Source of the DNA: Gammaproteobacteria bacterium
GTDB taxonomy: Bacteria; Pseudomonadota; Gammaproteobacteria; UBA12402
Direction of reading: 5' to 3'
Assembly (NCBI GenBank): GCA_050123335.1
Contig: JASFHH010000002.1
Coordinates: 9,519 to 73,518 of the forward strand
Length of the DNA: 64,000 bases
The notes below the pieces were generated by a model. The model searched no databases. It was not told the DNA's origin and saw only the letters and a list, made by a program, of their open reading frames with translations. Positions 20,139 to 30,141 of the stretch are shown here, piece by piece. The first letter of the stretch is position 1, and each line of letters opens with the position of its first letter. The position numbers were made by a program, and so were the translations under genes.

Positions 20139-20360
20139 TGCGCGTGCTACGAACCAGGCGGTCGGGAGTTTGACAAATCGGCAGGATAGCCGATTTGCAC
20201 AACTTTGCATAGCAAAGTTGCCCGAAGGGCGAGGCACAAGGAAGTGCCGAGTGAAAAAATTGCAGGATTGCAATTTTCGACGTTTTATGCAGCAAAACGC
20301 CTGCAGGGTGATGCGCCATGGAAGGCGCATCATTAATCTCTCCGGGCGCGCTTAGATTCA
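20139..20360 (+). pseudogene. tRNA-Arg-derived pseudo-copy: 5' piece GCGCGTGCTACGAACCAGGCGGTCGGGAGTT + ~170-nt insert + 3' piece TCTCTCCGGGCGCGCTTAGATTCA
   Basis: Both pieces match tRNA-Arg(ACG) plus its immediate 3' flank. The insert shares the AATCGGCAGGATAGCCGATT and GCCCGAAGGGCGAGG-ACA-GGA-GTG-CCGAGT hairpins with the insert at 15750-15833. It also carries AAAAAATTGCAGGATTGCAATTTT. Confidence 0.55.
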
Positions 20361-20429
20361 GCAGATAAATCAAGCGGTTATAACGTTAGTCCTCAGCCGC
20401 TTTTTTTGTTTCCATGCAACAGGTGTTAA

Positions 20430-21032
20430 ATGAGCGATGCTAAACATTGGGATGCTAAATGGGCAACCCAAAATAAAAGCAAAAAAAATAATTTTGCAAA
20501 AAGAGCCTATGCTTTAATGAAGCAATATGGCCTAAGAACAATATTAGATATTGGTTGTGGAGATGGTAGAGACTCATTATATTTTGCCAACCAAGGTTTA
20601 CAAGTAACAGCCGTAGATTTTGCGGAGAATACAATTAGAAAATTAAAAGAGAACAATACACAAATAAGCTGGTTATCGCAAGATATCAGAGAAATTGCTT
20701 TTGACACTAATTCTTTTGATGCTGTTTATGCTCACTTAAGTATTCAATATTTCAATGATAAAATAACGGAGCACATTTTTAATGCTTTATACGATATTTT
20801 AAAAAAAGGCGGGTTGGTTTTTATTAAATGCAAATCGACAGATGATCCTTTATTTGGGAAGGGGGATAAAATGGGACAAAATATGTATATGACCACTCAT
20901 TTACGTCATTTTTTCTCGAAAAACTATATGGTGGAAAAATTGAAAAAATTTCATCTTCTTAACATACGCAAAACAACTTCAGTTTATGAGGGGAGAAAAT
21001 CATGTTTTATAGAGGCAGTAGCAATTAAGTAA
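20430..21032 (+). CDS. class I SAM-dependent methyltransferase
   Basis: LDIGCGDGRDSLYFANQG (motif I, GxGxG) and acidic motif II ...VTAVDFAE... 200 aa. Confidence 0.7.
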   Translation: MSDAKHWDAKWATQNKSKKNNFAKRAYALMKQYGLRTILDIGCGDGRDSLYFANQGLQVTAVDFAENTIRKLKENNTQISWLSQDIREIAFDTNSFDAVYAHLSIQYFNDKITEHIFNALYDILKKGGLVFIKCKSTDDPLFGKGDKMGQNMYMTTHLRHFFSKNYMVEKLKKFHLLNIRKTTSVYEGRKSCFIEAVAIK

Positions 21033-21165
21033 GGATTTTACCCTGCACACATGATGTGCGTGGTCGGGGGTTCAAAAAAATTGCAGGATTGAAAATTTTT
21101 AATGATTTCTTAAAAATCATGGGTAAAATTCTTAGTATATCAATATACCGTTTTGGGGGATTTAC

Positions 21166-21667
21166 TTTGATTATTCGTGCAGAGAAAGAATCGGATATAA
21201 CAAGAATATTTGAAATTACTAAGGAAGCTTTTAGAAATCATCCATATAGCCAGGGTACAGAACAATTTATTATAGATGCATTACGCAGAGATGGTGTGCT
21301 TACTATTTCCTTAGTTGCTGAGATTGATGGAAAAATAGTTGGACATATTGCTTTTTCTCCGGTGACTATTTCTGATGGCAGTAGCGATTGGTATGGACTT
21401 GGTCCTGTTTCTGTGCAGCCCGAATTTCAGCGGCAGGGTATTGGGAAAGCCCTTATTCTTGAAGGATTGTCTCAATTAGAGGCATTAGGCGCTCAAGGGT
21501 GTATTCTTGTAGGTGATCCAGCATACTATAATCGATTTGGATTTAAAAACTTTCCTAATTTAGCTATGAAGCATGTTCCTCAAGAATATGTTCTTGTTTT
21601 GCCTTTCTCTGAAAAGATAGCAAGTGGAGTGATTGAGCATCATCCTGATTTTTTTGTTAAAGGATAA
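21166..21667 (+). CDS. GNAT family N-acetyltransferase (YhbS-like)
   Basis: ...GHIAFSPVTISDG...QRQGIGKALILEGL...GDPAYYNRFGF resembles E. coli YhbS. The start is placed at TTG (LIIRAEKE). The longer track ORF (21056) would read through the upstream tRNA-like repeat, so a later start is more plausible. Confidence 0.65.
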
Positions 21668-21753
21668 GTGGTTTTATCTGTAGTTTTATTGTCATTTTTT
21701 TTACAAGCATGGTAGATTATAAATAGGATGTTAGCTTAAAGTGGTGGTTATAA

Positions 21754-24537
21754 ATGGAACAGAAATTTTATTGTAGGTTCTTTAATGTTCTTTTGCTGTT
21801 ATTTCTTTTATTGTTTAGTTTGGCTTGTTATGCCAATAAATTGAACAGCATAGCGTTTTATTATGGCAGCAATTTACCAGTTGATGAGTTACGAGCTTTT
21901 GATGTAACAGTTGTTGATCCTGAACAGCATAGTATTTCACCAGCGAAGTTTAATGCATCACATAGCCAAATGTTTGCTTATGTAAGTGTGGGTGAGGTCA
22001 ATCCAGCGCGCAGTTATTTTGCTAAAATATCCAGCAATTGGATCATAGGAGAGAACCCAACGTGGCAAGCCAAAGTTTTGGATCAAAGCAATCCCCAATG
22101 GCGGGATTTTTTTGTAAAGCGCATTATCAAGCCACTTTGGGACAAGGGTTATCGTGGATTTTTTCTGGATACATTAGATTCATATCAATTAGCAGCAAAG
22201 ACTCCGGAAGCTAGAGCCAAGCAAGAGGAAGGTTTAGTAAAATTAATAGAAGCAGTTAAAAAGGAATATCCACAGGCACAATTAATTTTTAATCGTGGAT
22301 TTGAAATTTTGCCTAAAGTGCATAAATTGGTTTATGCCGTCGCAGCAGAATCATTATTTGCTGGTTGGAATCAAGCAGAACGTAAATATGAGCCGGTATC
22401 AGCAGAAGATAGAGAGTGGTTGTTAACTAAGCTGCGGGAAGTTCAAGGGTATAATTTACCTATAGTAGTGATTGATTATGTGGCGCCGGCAAAACGAACA
22501 GAAGCCAGGGAAGTTGCACAAAAAATCATGAAATTGGGTTTTATTCCCTGGGTGGCAGATGCTGATTTGACTAGTTTGGGTATAGGTAGTGTTGAAGTTA
22601 TGCCGCGAAAGATATTGGTTCTTTATGATAGTAACATTACCAAAGATATTATGCAAACTAATGCTTTGATGTATGCAGCAATGCCATTGGAATATTACGG
22701 TTATGTGCCTCTATTTCATGATGTGCATAAGTGGGTGTTACCACAGAAAAGTTTAGCTGGTAGTTATGCAGGTATTTTGTTGTGGACGGGAACTGATTAT
22801 TTATCATTACATAAACAGTTGCAAGATTGGTTGGTTAAACAAAAACAGCAGAATATTCCCATTGTTATTCTGAATAGTTTGGGAGAAAAATTAAGCAAGA
22901 ATTTTACTAATAATTTTGGTTTGGTGATAAAGTCTAAAGCCCCTAGGCCAGCTTCTGTAAAAATAATCAAGAAATCTCCATTAATGGATTATGAAATGCA
23001 ATCTTTTCCTAATCCATATAGTTTTGTTCCCATTAAAAGTTTGCAGGGAACAGTTTTATTGCAATTACAAGATAATCGTGGCGATTTAGCAGATATGGCA
23101 GCGATAACCCCATGGGGAGGATATGTAATACAGCCATTTGTATTAGTTAATTTGCCGAATGAACAGGCCAGATGGATTGTGAACCCATTGCAATTTTTTA
23201 GACTTGCCTTTAAATTACAGCCGCAACCCGTTCCAGATGTAACTACTGAAAATGGTCAGCGTATCATGATAGTGCATGTAGATGGTGATGGTTTTGTTAG
23301 CCGTACTGAATGGAATCCAAAGTTGTTAGATGGTGCAGGGATGTTGCAGGAAATTTTTCAGCACTATGATGTTCCATCAACAGTTTCGATTATTCAGAGT
23401 GAAATAGGTAAAAAAGGTGTTTATCCTAAATTATCAGAAGAAGCAGAAGCGGTAGCAAGAAAAATTTTTCGTTTGCCTTGGATAGAAGTAGCTAGTCATT
23501 CTTTTTCACATCCTTATGTGTGGCAGCCTGAATTAGTAAAAAAATTGCCGAAATACTATAAAACATGGCACCTGCCAGTACCTAATTATAAATTTAATCT
23601 TCAAGACGAGATTACTGGGTCAGTTAAATATATTAATACTGAGTTAGCACCTGCAGGAAAACTTTGCAAAGTTTTTCTTTGGACGGGAAATTGTAATCCG
23701 GGGGCAGCAGCAGTTGCTTTGACATATAAAGACAATTTATTGAATATGAATGGTGGTGATACGGTTATTACTAATAATCAAAAGTCATTAACTAATATTG
23801 CGCCACTTGGAGTTTACAAGGGAAAATATTTTCAAGTATTTGCACCTAATCAAAATGAAAACATTTATACCAATGAGTGGCGTGGTCCATATTATGGTTA
23901 TCGGCGCGTTATTGAAACGTTTAAGCTAACAGATAAGCCATTACGATTTAAGCCGATTGATATTTACTACCATTTTTATAGTGCCTCCAAAACAGCTTCA
24001 TTAAAAGCATTAAAGACAGTTTATGATTGGGCTTTAAAGCAACCAGTAATAAATCTTTATGCTTCAGAGTATATCAATAAAGTGTTGGATTTTAATCATA
24101 TTGCGTTAGCCAAAAAAGATTCTGGTTGGTTGATTAATAGTAGAGGTGAATTGCGTGAATTACGTATTCCACAGTCATTGGGTTATCCAGATTTATTGCA
24201 TAGTACAAATGTAATTGGATTTAGTAGTTACGGTAAAGATTATTATGTGCATTTGGGCACTAAGCAACAGACTATATTACGATTGCAATCACAGGCGCCT
24301 AAAATATCTTATATAGCTGATGCTAATGGATTAATTAGTGATTTTGTTAGGAGTTCTGATGGATTTACTTTTAAGCTAAAAAGTTATACGCCGGCAAAAT
24401 TAAACCTGGCTAATATGCATAGTTGCAAATTATATCAAAACAATCGTTTAATTAGGCCACAAGAAACTGTTACAGGTATGCAAAGTTTTGTATTTAAGGA
24501 TAAAGGCTCATATGCATTTAAGGTTCGTTGTAAATAG
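21754..24537 (+). CDS. pelA: PelA: exported bifunctional Pel polysaccharide hydrolase / CE4 deacetylase
   Basis: N-terminal signal peptide. N-terminal hydrolase domain (...WDKGYRGFFLDTLDSY...). Central CE4 deacetylase motifs (HVDGDGF; ASHSFSHPY). 927 aa, comparable to PelA (~950 aa). Followed by pelB-G. Confidence 0.8.
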   Translation: MEQKFYCRFFNVLLLLFLLLFSLACYANKLNSIAFYYGSNLPVDELRAFDVTVVDPEQHSISPAKFNASHSQMFAYVSVGEVNPARSYFAKISSNWIIGENPTWQAKVLDQSNPQWRDFFVKRIIKPLWDKGYRGFFLDTLDSYQLAAKTPEARAKQEEGLVKLIEAVKKEYPQAQLIFNRGFEILPKVHKLVYAVAAESLFAGWNQAERKYEPVSAEDREWLLTKLREVQGYNLPIVVIDYVAPAKRTEAREVAQKIMKLGFIPWVADADLTSLGIGSVEVMPRKILVLYDSNITKDIMQTNALMYAAMPLEYYGYVPLFHDVHKWVLPQKSLAGSYAGILLWTGTDYLSLHKQLQDWLVKQKQQNIPIVILNSLGEKLSKNFTNNFGLVIKSKAPRPASVKIIKKSPLMDYEMQSFPNPYSFVPIKSLQGTVLLQLQDNRGDLADMAAITPWGGYVIQPFVLVNLPNEQARWIVNPLQFFRLAFKLQPQPVPDVTTENGQRIMIVHVDGDGFVSRTEWNPKLLDGAGMLQEIFQHYDVPSTVSIIQSEIGKKGVYPKLSEEAEAVARKIFRLPWIEVASHSFSHPYVWQPELVKKLPKYYKTWHLPVPNYKFNLQDEITGSVKYINTELAPAGKLCKVFLWTGNCNPGAAAVALTYKDNLLNMNGGDTVITNNQKSLTNIAPLGVYKGKYFQVFAPNQNENIYTNEWRGPYYGYRRVIETFKLTDKPLRFKPIDIYYHFYSASKTASLKALKTVYDWALKQPVINLYASEYINKVLDFNHIALAKKDSGWLINSRGELRELRIPQSLGYPDLLHSTNVIGFSSYGKDYYVHLGTKQQTILRLQSQAPKISYIADANGLISDFVRSSDGFTFKLKSYTPAKLNLANMHSCKLYQNNRLIRPQETVTGMQSFVFKDKGSYAFKVRCK

Positions 24538-24583
24538 TGTTTTTGATTTTAGAATGACTTTGATTTATTAGGAGGATAGAGTT

Positions 24584-25570
24584 TTGCAGGGAATACTGAT
24601 GAGGAATTTTGCGAGATTTGTTTTATTGTTTTGTTCATGGTTGTTTTGTGTTGTTTGTAATGCAAGTGAAGTACATAGTGTCGCATTCTGCTATAGTTAT
24701 AATCCGCCGATTGAAAGACTAAAACAGTTTCAAATTGTTGTGGTTGATCCGGATAGTAAATTAAATCCAAAAAAATTTAATTCTGATCATAGACAAGCTT
24801 TTGCATATGTTAACATTGGTGAGATACACCCAAGCAGGTGCTATTTTGCAAAATTACATCCAAAATTATGGTTATGGGGAAATCCTTACTGGGGGTCTAT
24901 GATTTTAGATCACAGTAATCACAAAACGCGTGCATTTATCATGAAGCATGTTATTGCACCAATATGGGATAAAGGTTATCGTGGATTTTTTCTTGATGGG
25001 TTAGATTCGTATAAAATTGTTCCTTATTTGCGTCAAGAAAGTAAAGTGCAGCATGAAGGAATATTAAGAATTATCTTAGCGATAAAGCATAAGTATCCAG
25101 AAGCTAAAATTATTTTGAACAGAGGTTTTGAGTTTTTGCCGAAAATCCATCATTTTGTTTATGCTGTTACAGCTGAATCTGTTTTTGCTGCCTGGAATCC
25201 CAAGGATAGAATTTATGAGAAAGTTCCTTTTTTTTATCGTCGGCTCACTGTTAGAAAATTAAAGCAAATAAAAGATAAATATAAATTACCAATTATAGTT
25301 ATTGATTATGTGTCACCTGAACAAGTTAATCGAAGCAATTTAATTGCTCACGAGATTCGTAAATTGGGTTTTATTCCATGGGTAACTGATTGGAAATTAT
25401 CTATGATTGGTGTTGGTAATAAGTATAATAATTTTATTACATCAAATTATACTCGAAAGTCAAAGAAAGGTTACATGTTGGAACGGTTTTATCCCTATTT
25501 TTATAGTAGCATCTTAAAAAAAATATATTTAAGATGGGGTACATTATTTTTTTATAAGATAAAAAATTAA
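24584..25570 (+). CDS. PelA N-terminal glycoside-hydrolase-domain paralog (stand-alone, 328 aa)
   Basis: Collinear similarity to residues ~30-300 of the upstream PelA (FAYVNIGE..., WDKGYRGFFLDGLDSY, LNRGFE, IDYV, LGFIPWV). Has a signal peptide but lacks the deacetylase half. Confidence 0.6.
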   Translation: MQGILMRNFARFVLLFCSWLFCVVCNASEVHSVAFCYSYNPPIERLKQFQIVVVDPDSKLNPKKFNSDHRQAFAYVNIGEIHPSRCYFAKLHPKLWLWGNPYWGSMILDHSNHKTRAFIMKHVIAPIWDKGYRGFFLDGLDSYKIVPYLRQESKVQHEGILRIILAIKHKYPEAKIILNRGFEFLPKIHHFVYAVTAESVFAAWNPKDRIYEKVPFFYRRLTVRKLKQIKDKYKLPIIVIDYVSPEQVNRSNLIAHEIRKLGFIPWVTDWKLSMIGVGNKYNNFITSNYTRKSKKGYMLERFYPYFYSSILKKIYLRWGTLFFYKIKN

Positions 25571-25609
25571 GCCATATTTCGAGTAACAGAAATGAGATAA
25601 AGGTCACGT

Positions 25610-26530
25610 ATGCGTTTATGGTTCGCTGCAAGAGATAGAGATAAACATTCGATTAAAGCTAAATTTGCTGCCTGGTGGCAAATTTTGGGGTTTATAGTGG
25701 TAGCTGTTATTTTATTACTATTTTTTTTTCCTAAAGAAGGTATTTTAGGTAACATTGCCCAACAAAGAGAAGCAGATAGATTAGCTAAGCTTTATTTGCA
25801 AAATTTAGTTGACTTATATCCTGGTAATAAGCAGTTCCATATATTGTTAGCTGAACAAAATGTCAGAGCAGGCGAGGTTGTTGAAGCAGTTAAACAGGTA
25901 CTCCCTTTTGTGGTTGTAGAACCAAAAACCAAGACTGATTGGCATGCTTTATTAATTTATTACAAGATTGTACGCATTGAGACTTATAGTAAACCGCGAC
26001 TGAGTTATGCGCGAACTAGAGGTATGCAAAAAATGCAACAGTTGCTGGAGGTTTTATTAAAAGGCAATTTTGCTGCATTAGATATGTTAATGTTGGCTCA
26101 AGATGCGGTAAAATTAAATCGAATTGACACTGCATTAGCGGCTTATAATAAAATAACTGCAGTGCCACCCGCTGCATGTGTTAGTCGTGATATGCAGATG
26201 TGTTTAGCGTTATCTGTAGATGGTGCAAAATTTATGTTATCACAAAGCAAATATAAAGCTGCTGCACAATTATATTTTCTAGCACAATTAAATAGTACAA
26301 GTTTAGCTGATAAACGGTTGTATTTTATTAATGGATTGAAGTGTTTGCAATCAGGTAATATGTTGGAAGATGCTATGCAAGCTGCTCAAAAGCATATTGG
26401 TAGTTTAGCGCATGATAAAAAAACATTAGTTTTTTTAACACGTCTAGCGTTAATGTCGAACGAGCCTAAATTAGCGCAACAATATATTCGGCGGGCTTTG
26501 CAATTAAAACAGCAGGTTACAAAGCCATAA
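25610..26530 (+). CDS. pelB: PelB N-terminal module (membrane-anchored TPR protein)
   Basis: An N-terminal TM helix is followed by TPR-like helical repeats. The stop overlaps the next ATG (TAATG). Confidence 0.55.
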   Translation: MRLWFAARDRDKHSIKAKFAAWWQILGFIVVAVILLLFFFPKEGILGNIAQQREADRLAKLYLQNLVDLYPGNKQFHILLAEQNVRAGEVVEAVKQVLPFVVVEPKTKTDWHALLIYYKIVRIETYSKPRLSYARTRGMQKMQQLLEVLLKGNFAALDMLMLAQDAVKLNRIDTALAAYNKITAVPPAACVSRDMQMCLALSVDGAKFMLSQSKYKAAAQLYFLAQLNSTSLADKRLYFINGLKCLQSGNMLEDAMQAAQKHIGSLAHDKKTLVFLTRLALMSNEPKLAQQYIRRALQLKQQVTKP

Positions 26531-29439
26531 TGAGTAACAATATATTAACAAATTTAATTTTTATTTTTTTATTTTTCTTAGTAGGTTTTTTTTGCTTACC
26601 TGGTTACGCGCAAAAAAATAATTCCTCAGCTTTGACAACTGTCAAAAGTGTTGATAATAAGTCACAAACCTTATTGATTAGTTATGATCCGCAAATTTAC
26701 TTATTGGCCTATCAAACTTTTTTGGCGAATAAAAATATTAAACATGCATACCTTATTGCTAAAGCGGCAGTTGCGCAACGGCCGGATGATGTTGATTGGC
26801 GAAGGCGCTTTGCTCAAGTGGCTTCCTGGTATGATAAACCTAAAGTTGCTTTACAGCAGTGGGTTTATCTAGCTGAGTATAAGAAAGATAGAGAAGCTTT
26901 TGATAAGGCAATTACAATTGCTCACATGCTGCATGACAATCAGCTTTTAGCAAAATTATATAATTTAAAAATAGAATATGGATATGGTTATCAGGATGCT
27001 TGGAAAGGATATATAACCGCGCAAGAATCTTTAGGGGAACCGGAGAAAGCAATTCAAAAGTTGAAAAAAATTATTGCTGAAAAACCAACTCTTTATAATC
27101 TTGAACAATTGGGAGCTCTTTATAATGCAACTGGTAATACTGCAGAAGAATTAAAAACTTTACAAACTATCAAAGAGAAATTTGGTATTTTGCCAAAAAA
27201 CGCATTGCGTCAAGCTGAAATTTTATATTCTCATGGTAAAGTTAAAGAAGCACATACAGTACTTATGACAGCAGCAAGTAAGGCTAAAGATGAGCACCAT
27301 GAGTTTTGGCAAGCTTTTGGGCAATTAGCATGGATGTTGCAAGATAAAAAGAATGCTAAATTAGCTTACACAAAATTACACGAAGCTGGAAAAATAGATC
27401 AGGGAGCTTTAATAAATTATATTCAATTAATGGAAGCTAGAGATAAGCAAGAAGCGTTTAAGCTGTCAATTCAAGGTTGGAATCAATATCATGATAATTA
27501 TTTTATTACCCAGGTAATTTCTTTAGCACCAGAATTGCAAGAATGGAATAGGCTAGCTACTATTCTCGGTGGTTTATCAACAGAAACTAAACAATATTTG
27601 GCGCAGCTGCCTTATTATTATGCAGTACAAGCACGACTTTTTGCACATAATGGTGAATCACAACAAGCATTTAATATTTATCGTCAGGCATTGAAAAAAT
27701 TTCCTGAAGATGTTGATTTGAAAATTGATTATTTGTGGTTTTTAATTGATTATCAATATAAAGCACAGTTACGTTTAACTTTGTATTTATGGCAATATCA
27801 GGCAATGAATGATATGAAATTTATTCCTGCATATGCAGCAGGTTATATTATGCTGCAACAACCACAAGATGCTTTGGTATTGTTGCAATTACAGTTTGCA
27901 CAGAAACAACAGGATTATAATTGGTTAATTAATGTGGCGGACACTTTAGATCAAGTTAATCGTCCTATTGATGCAACACGCATGCGACAATTAGCCTGGT
28001 ATTGGTTATTGGTTGCAAATACGCGTAAATTTGTGCCAGCTACCAGAAAGAATGTTGTTGATTTTGCCCGAGTTGCTATGTATCAAGCGCCTGGTAATAT
28101 TACTGCGCAAACTGTAGCACAACTTTCGCAATATGCTAGTAATCAAGAGGCAGATATTGTTTTGCTGACTTGGGCATTGCAATTGGATGAATATCAATTA
28201 GCTGATTATGCTTGGAACTATTACGGTATAAATCAAAAAATTTCGCCATGGATTCAGCAGACTATAGCATTACAAAATAATGATCGCTATCATTTAGCTC
28301 AATTATTGCAGGATGAGCTTGATAAATTGCCGTATCGTGATCGAGTTATCGCAGCTAAACGTATCGGACAAGATCGTTTAGCACAGAAATTGGCTTATCA
28401 AGGGTTACAGGAGCATCCTACTGATTCGGAAATGTATGATTTGATGACTACAACTCAACTAATTGCGGCTGACAAGATTCAAATTATTCCCGCATATCAA
28501 GAAATAGGCTCAATTCGTGGATTCAAGTCGCATTTATCTGGGAGATTTTTTGTTAATCCCAGAGTTAGTGTTATGCCATGGATAAATGCTTGGCGGACAA
28601 GAACTAATGATGCTAGCATTATTTTGCCTGCTACGAATGTTGATCGTGATGCTGGAATACAGATTAATCGGCGTTATAGTCATGGGCTTTTAAGCGCTAA
28701 TATAGGATATCGTGACGCATTAGCTGGTTTTATCAGCGCAGAATTGACAGGTTCTTATAGATTTACCAGCAAGTTGTTTACTATTATGACATTAGGCTAC
28801 AATCAGCGGGCAGATGAAAGTACAGCTTTATTAATTGCGGGCATGAAGGATGAGGCAAAACTAGAATTTAGTTATCAAATGCAACCGCGTGATTCATTGT
28901 ATGGAGCAGTTTCATATCAGAATTTTAAATCGCAGGATGATGTTTATTTAGGCAATGGTCATATGGCTGAAGTTAGATATACGCATAAACTTCAATTTGC
29001 TTATCCAGATTGGAATGTTAGTGTGTTTTCAGATATTCAGCGTTATCAGCATAATGGCAGGGTTAGTTCACGAGCTAGTAAAGTTATTCCGGAAGGTACA
29101 GCTGCTGAAGTATCTTTTTTTGTGCCGCTAAATTCTATTCGTTATGGTGCTAGTATAGGGTTTGGTCAGGGTTATTTTGAGCCTTATAGATATGATATTA
29201 AGAACTTGGATTTAGGACAAGAATATAGTGAGCCTTATACCCATGCCTGGCGGCCTTTTGGAGAAATAAACATATTTAATAATACTAGATTTGGTTTTGG
29301 TTCATATATAAATATTGGTATTGCAGGACATGTGTTTGGCCGTGATCACTTAGCGATATATTATGAGCGAGGTGTTAATGTGGAGGCTTCGAATCAAAAA
29401 GATTATATTATTGCTGCGAGTTATCAGTTATACTTTTAA
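26530..29439 (+). CDS. pelB: PelB C-terminal module (TPR repeats + C-terminal outer-membrane beta-barrel porin)
   Basis: Own signal peptide, a long TPR region, and a C-terminal beta-strand-rich region with alternating aromatic residues ending in ...SYQLYF (terminal Phe typical of OMPs). 969 aa. Confidence 0.7.
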   Translation: MSNNILTNLIFIFLFFLVGFFCLPGYAQKNNSSALTTVKSVDNKSQTLLISYDPQIYLLAYQTFLANKNIKHAYLIAKAAVAQRPDDVDWRRRFAQVASWYDKPKVALQQWVYLAEYKKDREAFDKAITIAHMLHDNQLLAKLYNLKIEYGYGYQDAWKGYITAQESLGEPEKAIQKLKKIIAEKPTLYNLEQLGALYNATGNTAEELKTLQTIKEKFGILPKNALRQAEILYSHGKVKEAHTVLMTAASKAKDEHHEFWQAFGQLAWMLQDKKNAKLAYTKLHEAGKIDQGALINYIQLMEARDKQEAFKLSIQGWNQYHDNYFITQVISLAPELQEWNRLATILGGLSTETKQYLAQLPYYYAVQARLFAHNGESQQAFNIYRQALKKFPEDVDLKIDYLWFLIDYQYKAQLRLTLYLWQYQAMNDMKFIPAYAAGYIMLQQPQDALVLLQLQFAQKQQDYNWLINVADTLDQVNRPIDATRMRQLAWYWLLVANTRKFVPATRKNVVDFARVAMYQAPGNITAQTVAQLSQYASNQEADIVLLTWALQLDEYQLADYAWNYYGINQKISPWIQQTIALQNNDRYHLAQLLQDELDKLPYRDRVIAAKRIGQDRLAQKLAYQGLQEHPTDSEMYDLMTTTQLIAADKIQIIPAYQEIGSIRGFKSHLSGRFFVNPRVSVMPWINAWRTRTNDASIILPATNVDRDAGIQINRRYSHGLLSANIGYRDALAGFISAELTGSYRFTSKLFTIMTLGYNQRADESTALLIAGMKDEAKLEFSYQMQPRDSLYGAVSYQNFKSQDDVYLGNGHMAEVRYTHKLQFAYPDWNVSVFSDIQRYQHNGRVSSRASKVIPEGTAAEVSFFVPLNSIRYGASIGFGQGYFEPYRYDIKNLDLGQEYSEPYTHAWRPFGEINIFNNTRFGFGSYINIGIAGHVFGRDHLAIYYERGVNVEASNQKDYIIAASYQLYF

Positions 29440-29481
29440 TAATTAGGAATGATTTGTATAGGCAAATTGGGGGTAAATGAA

Positions 29482-30033
29482 ATGAAAAAGCTAAGATATT
29501 TCTTGATTATGATGATATCAGTTTTATTGGTAAGTTGTGCAACCACTACCATTACTGGTTCTCAAAAAATACCGCTGGTGCATGTTGGAGTTAATTGGGG
29601 TGTAATTCCTATGGTTAATAATACTCAAACGCCACAGGCTGGCGAAAAAGCAGCTACAATTACGGCAGGCATATTACGTGCAACTAACATACGTAAAGTT
29701 ATTATTTATAAACAACGGGTATCATGTAGTAAAATTTTAGCTTGCCCACAACAACAACCGTCAATGTATAAAGTTAGAACGTGGGCAAGAATGAACCATA
29801 TTCGTTATGTTATGATGGGTACAGTTAATGAATGGCGTTATAAAGTTGGTTTAGATGGCGAGCCAGCTGTTAGTGTAGATTTAAATTTGATAGACATGCG
29901 TACAGGCAAAATAATTTGGAATGCTGTAGGTAGTAAAGTTGGAGGTAGTCGGGGTAGTTTGGGGGTTATTGCTCATCAGTTAATTGCGGAGATGTTGTAT
30001 AATTTGATTACAGTAAATAATTGCATTAATTAG
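29482..30033 (+). CDS. pelC: PelC lipoprotein
   Basis: Lipobox LLVSC after a signal peptide; ~180 aa; lies between pelB and pelD. The start is at the ATG after a GGGGG RBS; the track ORF begins 33 nt earlier. Confidence 0.7.
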   Translation: MKKLRYFLIMMISVLLVSCATTTITGSQKIPLVHVGVNWGVIPMVNNTQTPQAGEKAATITAGILRATNIRKVIIYKQRVSCSKILACPQQQPSMYKVRTWARMNHIRYVMMGTVNEWRYKVGLDGEPAVSVDLNLIDMRTGKIIWNAVGSKVGGSRGSLGVIAHQLIAEMLYNLITVNNCIN

Positions 30034-30141
30034 TAATAAGGATTGAGGGTGGAGGTTCCGGATAAATATTACGCATTTCTCGGGATGTGATTATTAAACA
30101 TGCGTTAAAGGATGTATTAGGATTAAGGGGTTATTTAAGGT

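Noticed and set aside
19971-20373. ORFs of 120, 90 and 79 aa overlapping the tRNA-Arg-derived pseudo-copy and its structured insert
   Set aside because: They overlap each other on both strands across a hairpin-rich repeat, with no RBS and no coherent protein features, and are more parsimoniously non-coding.
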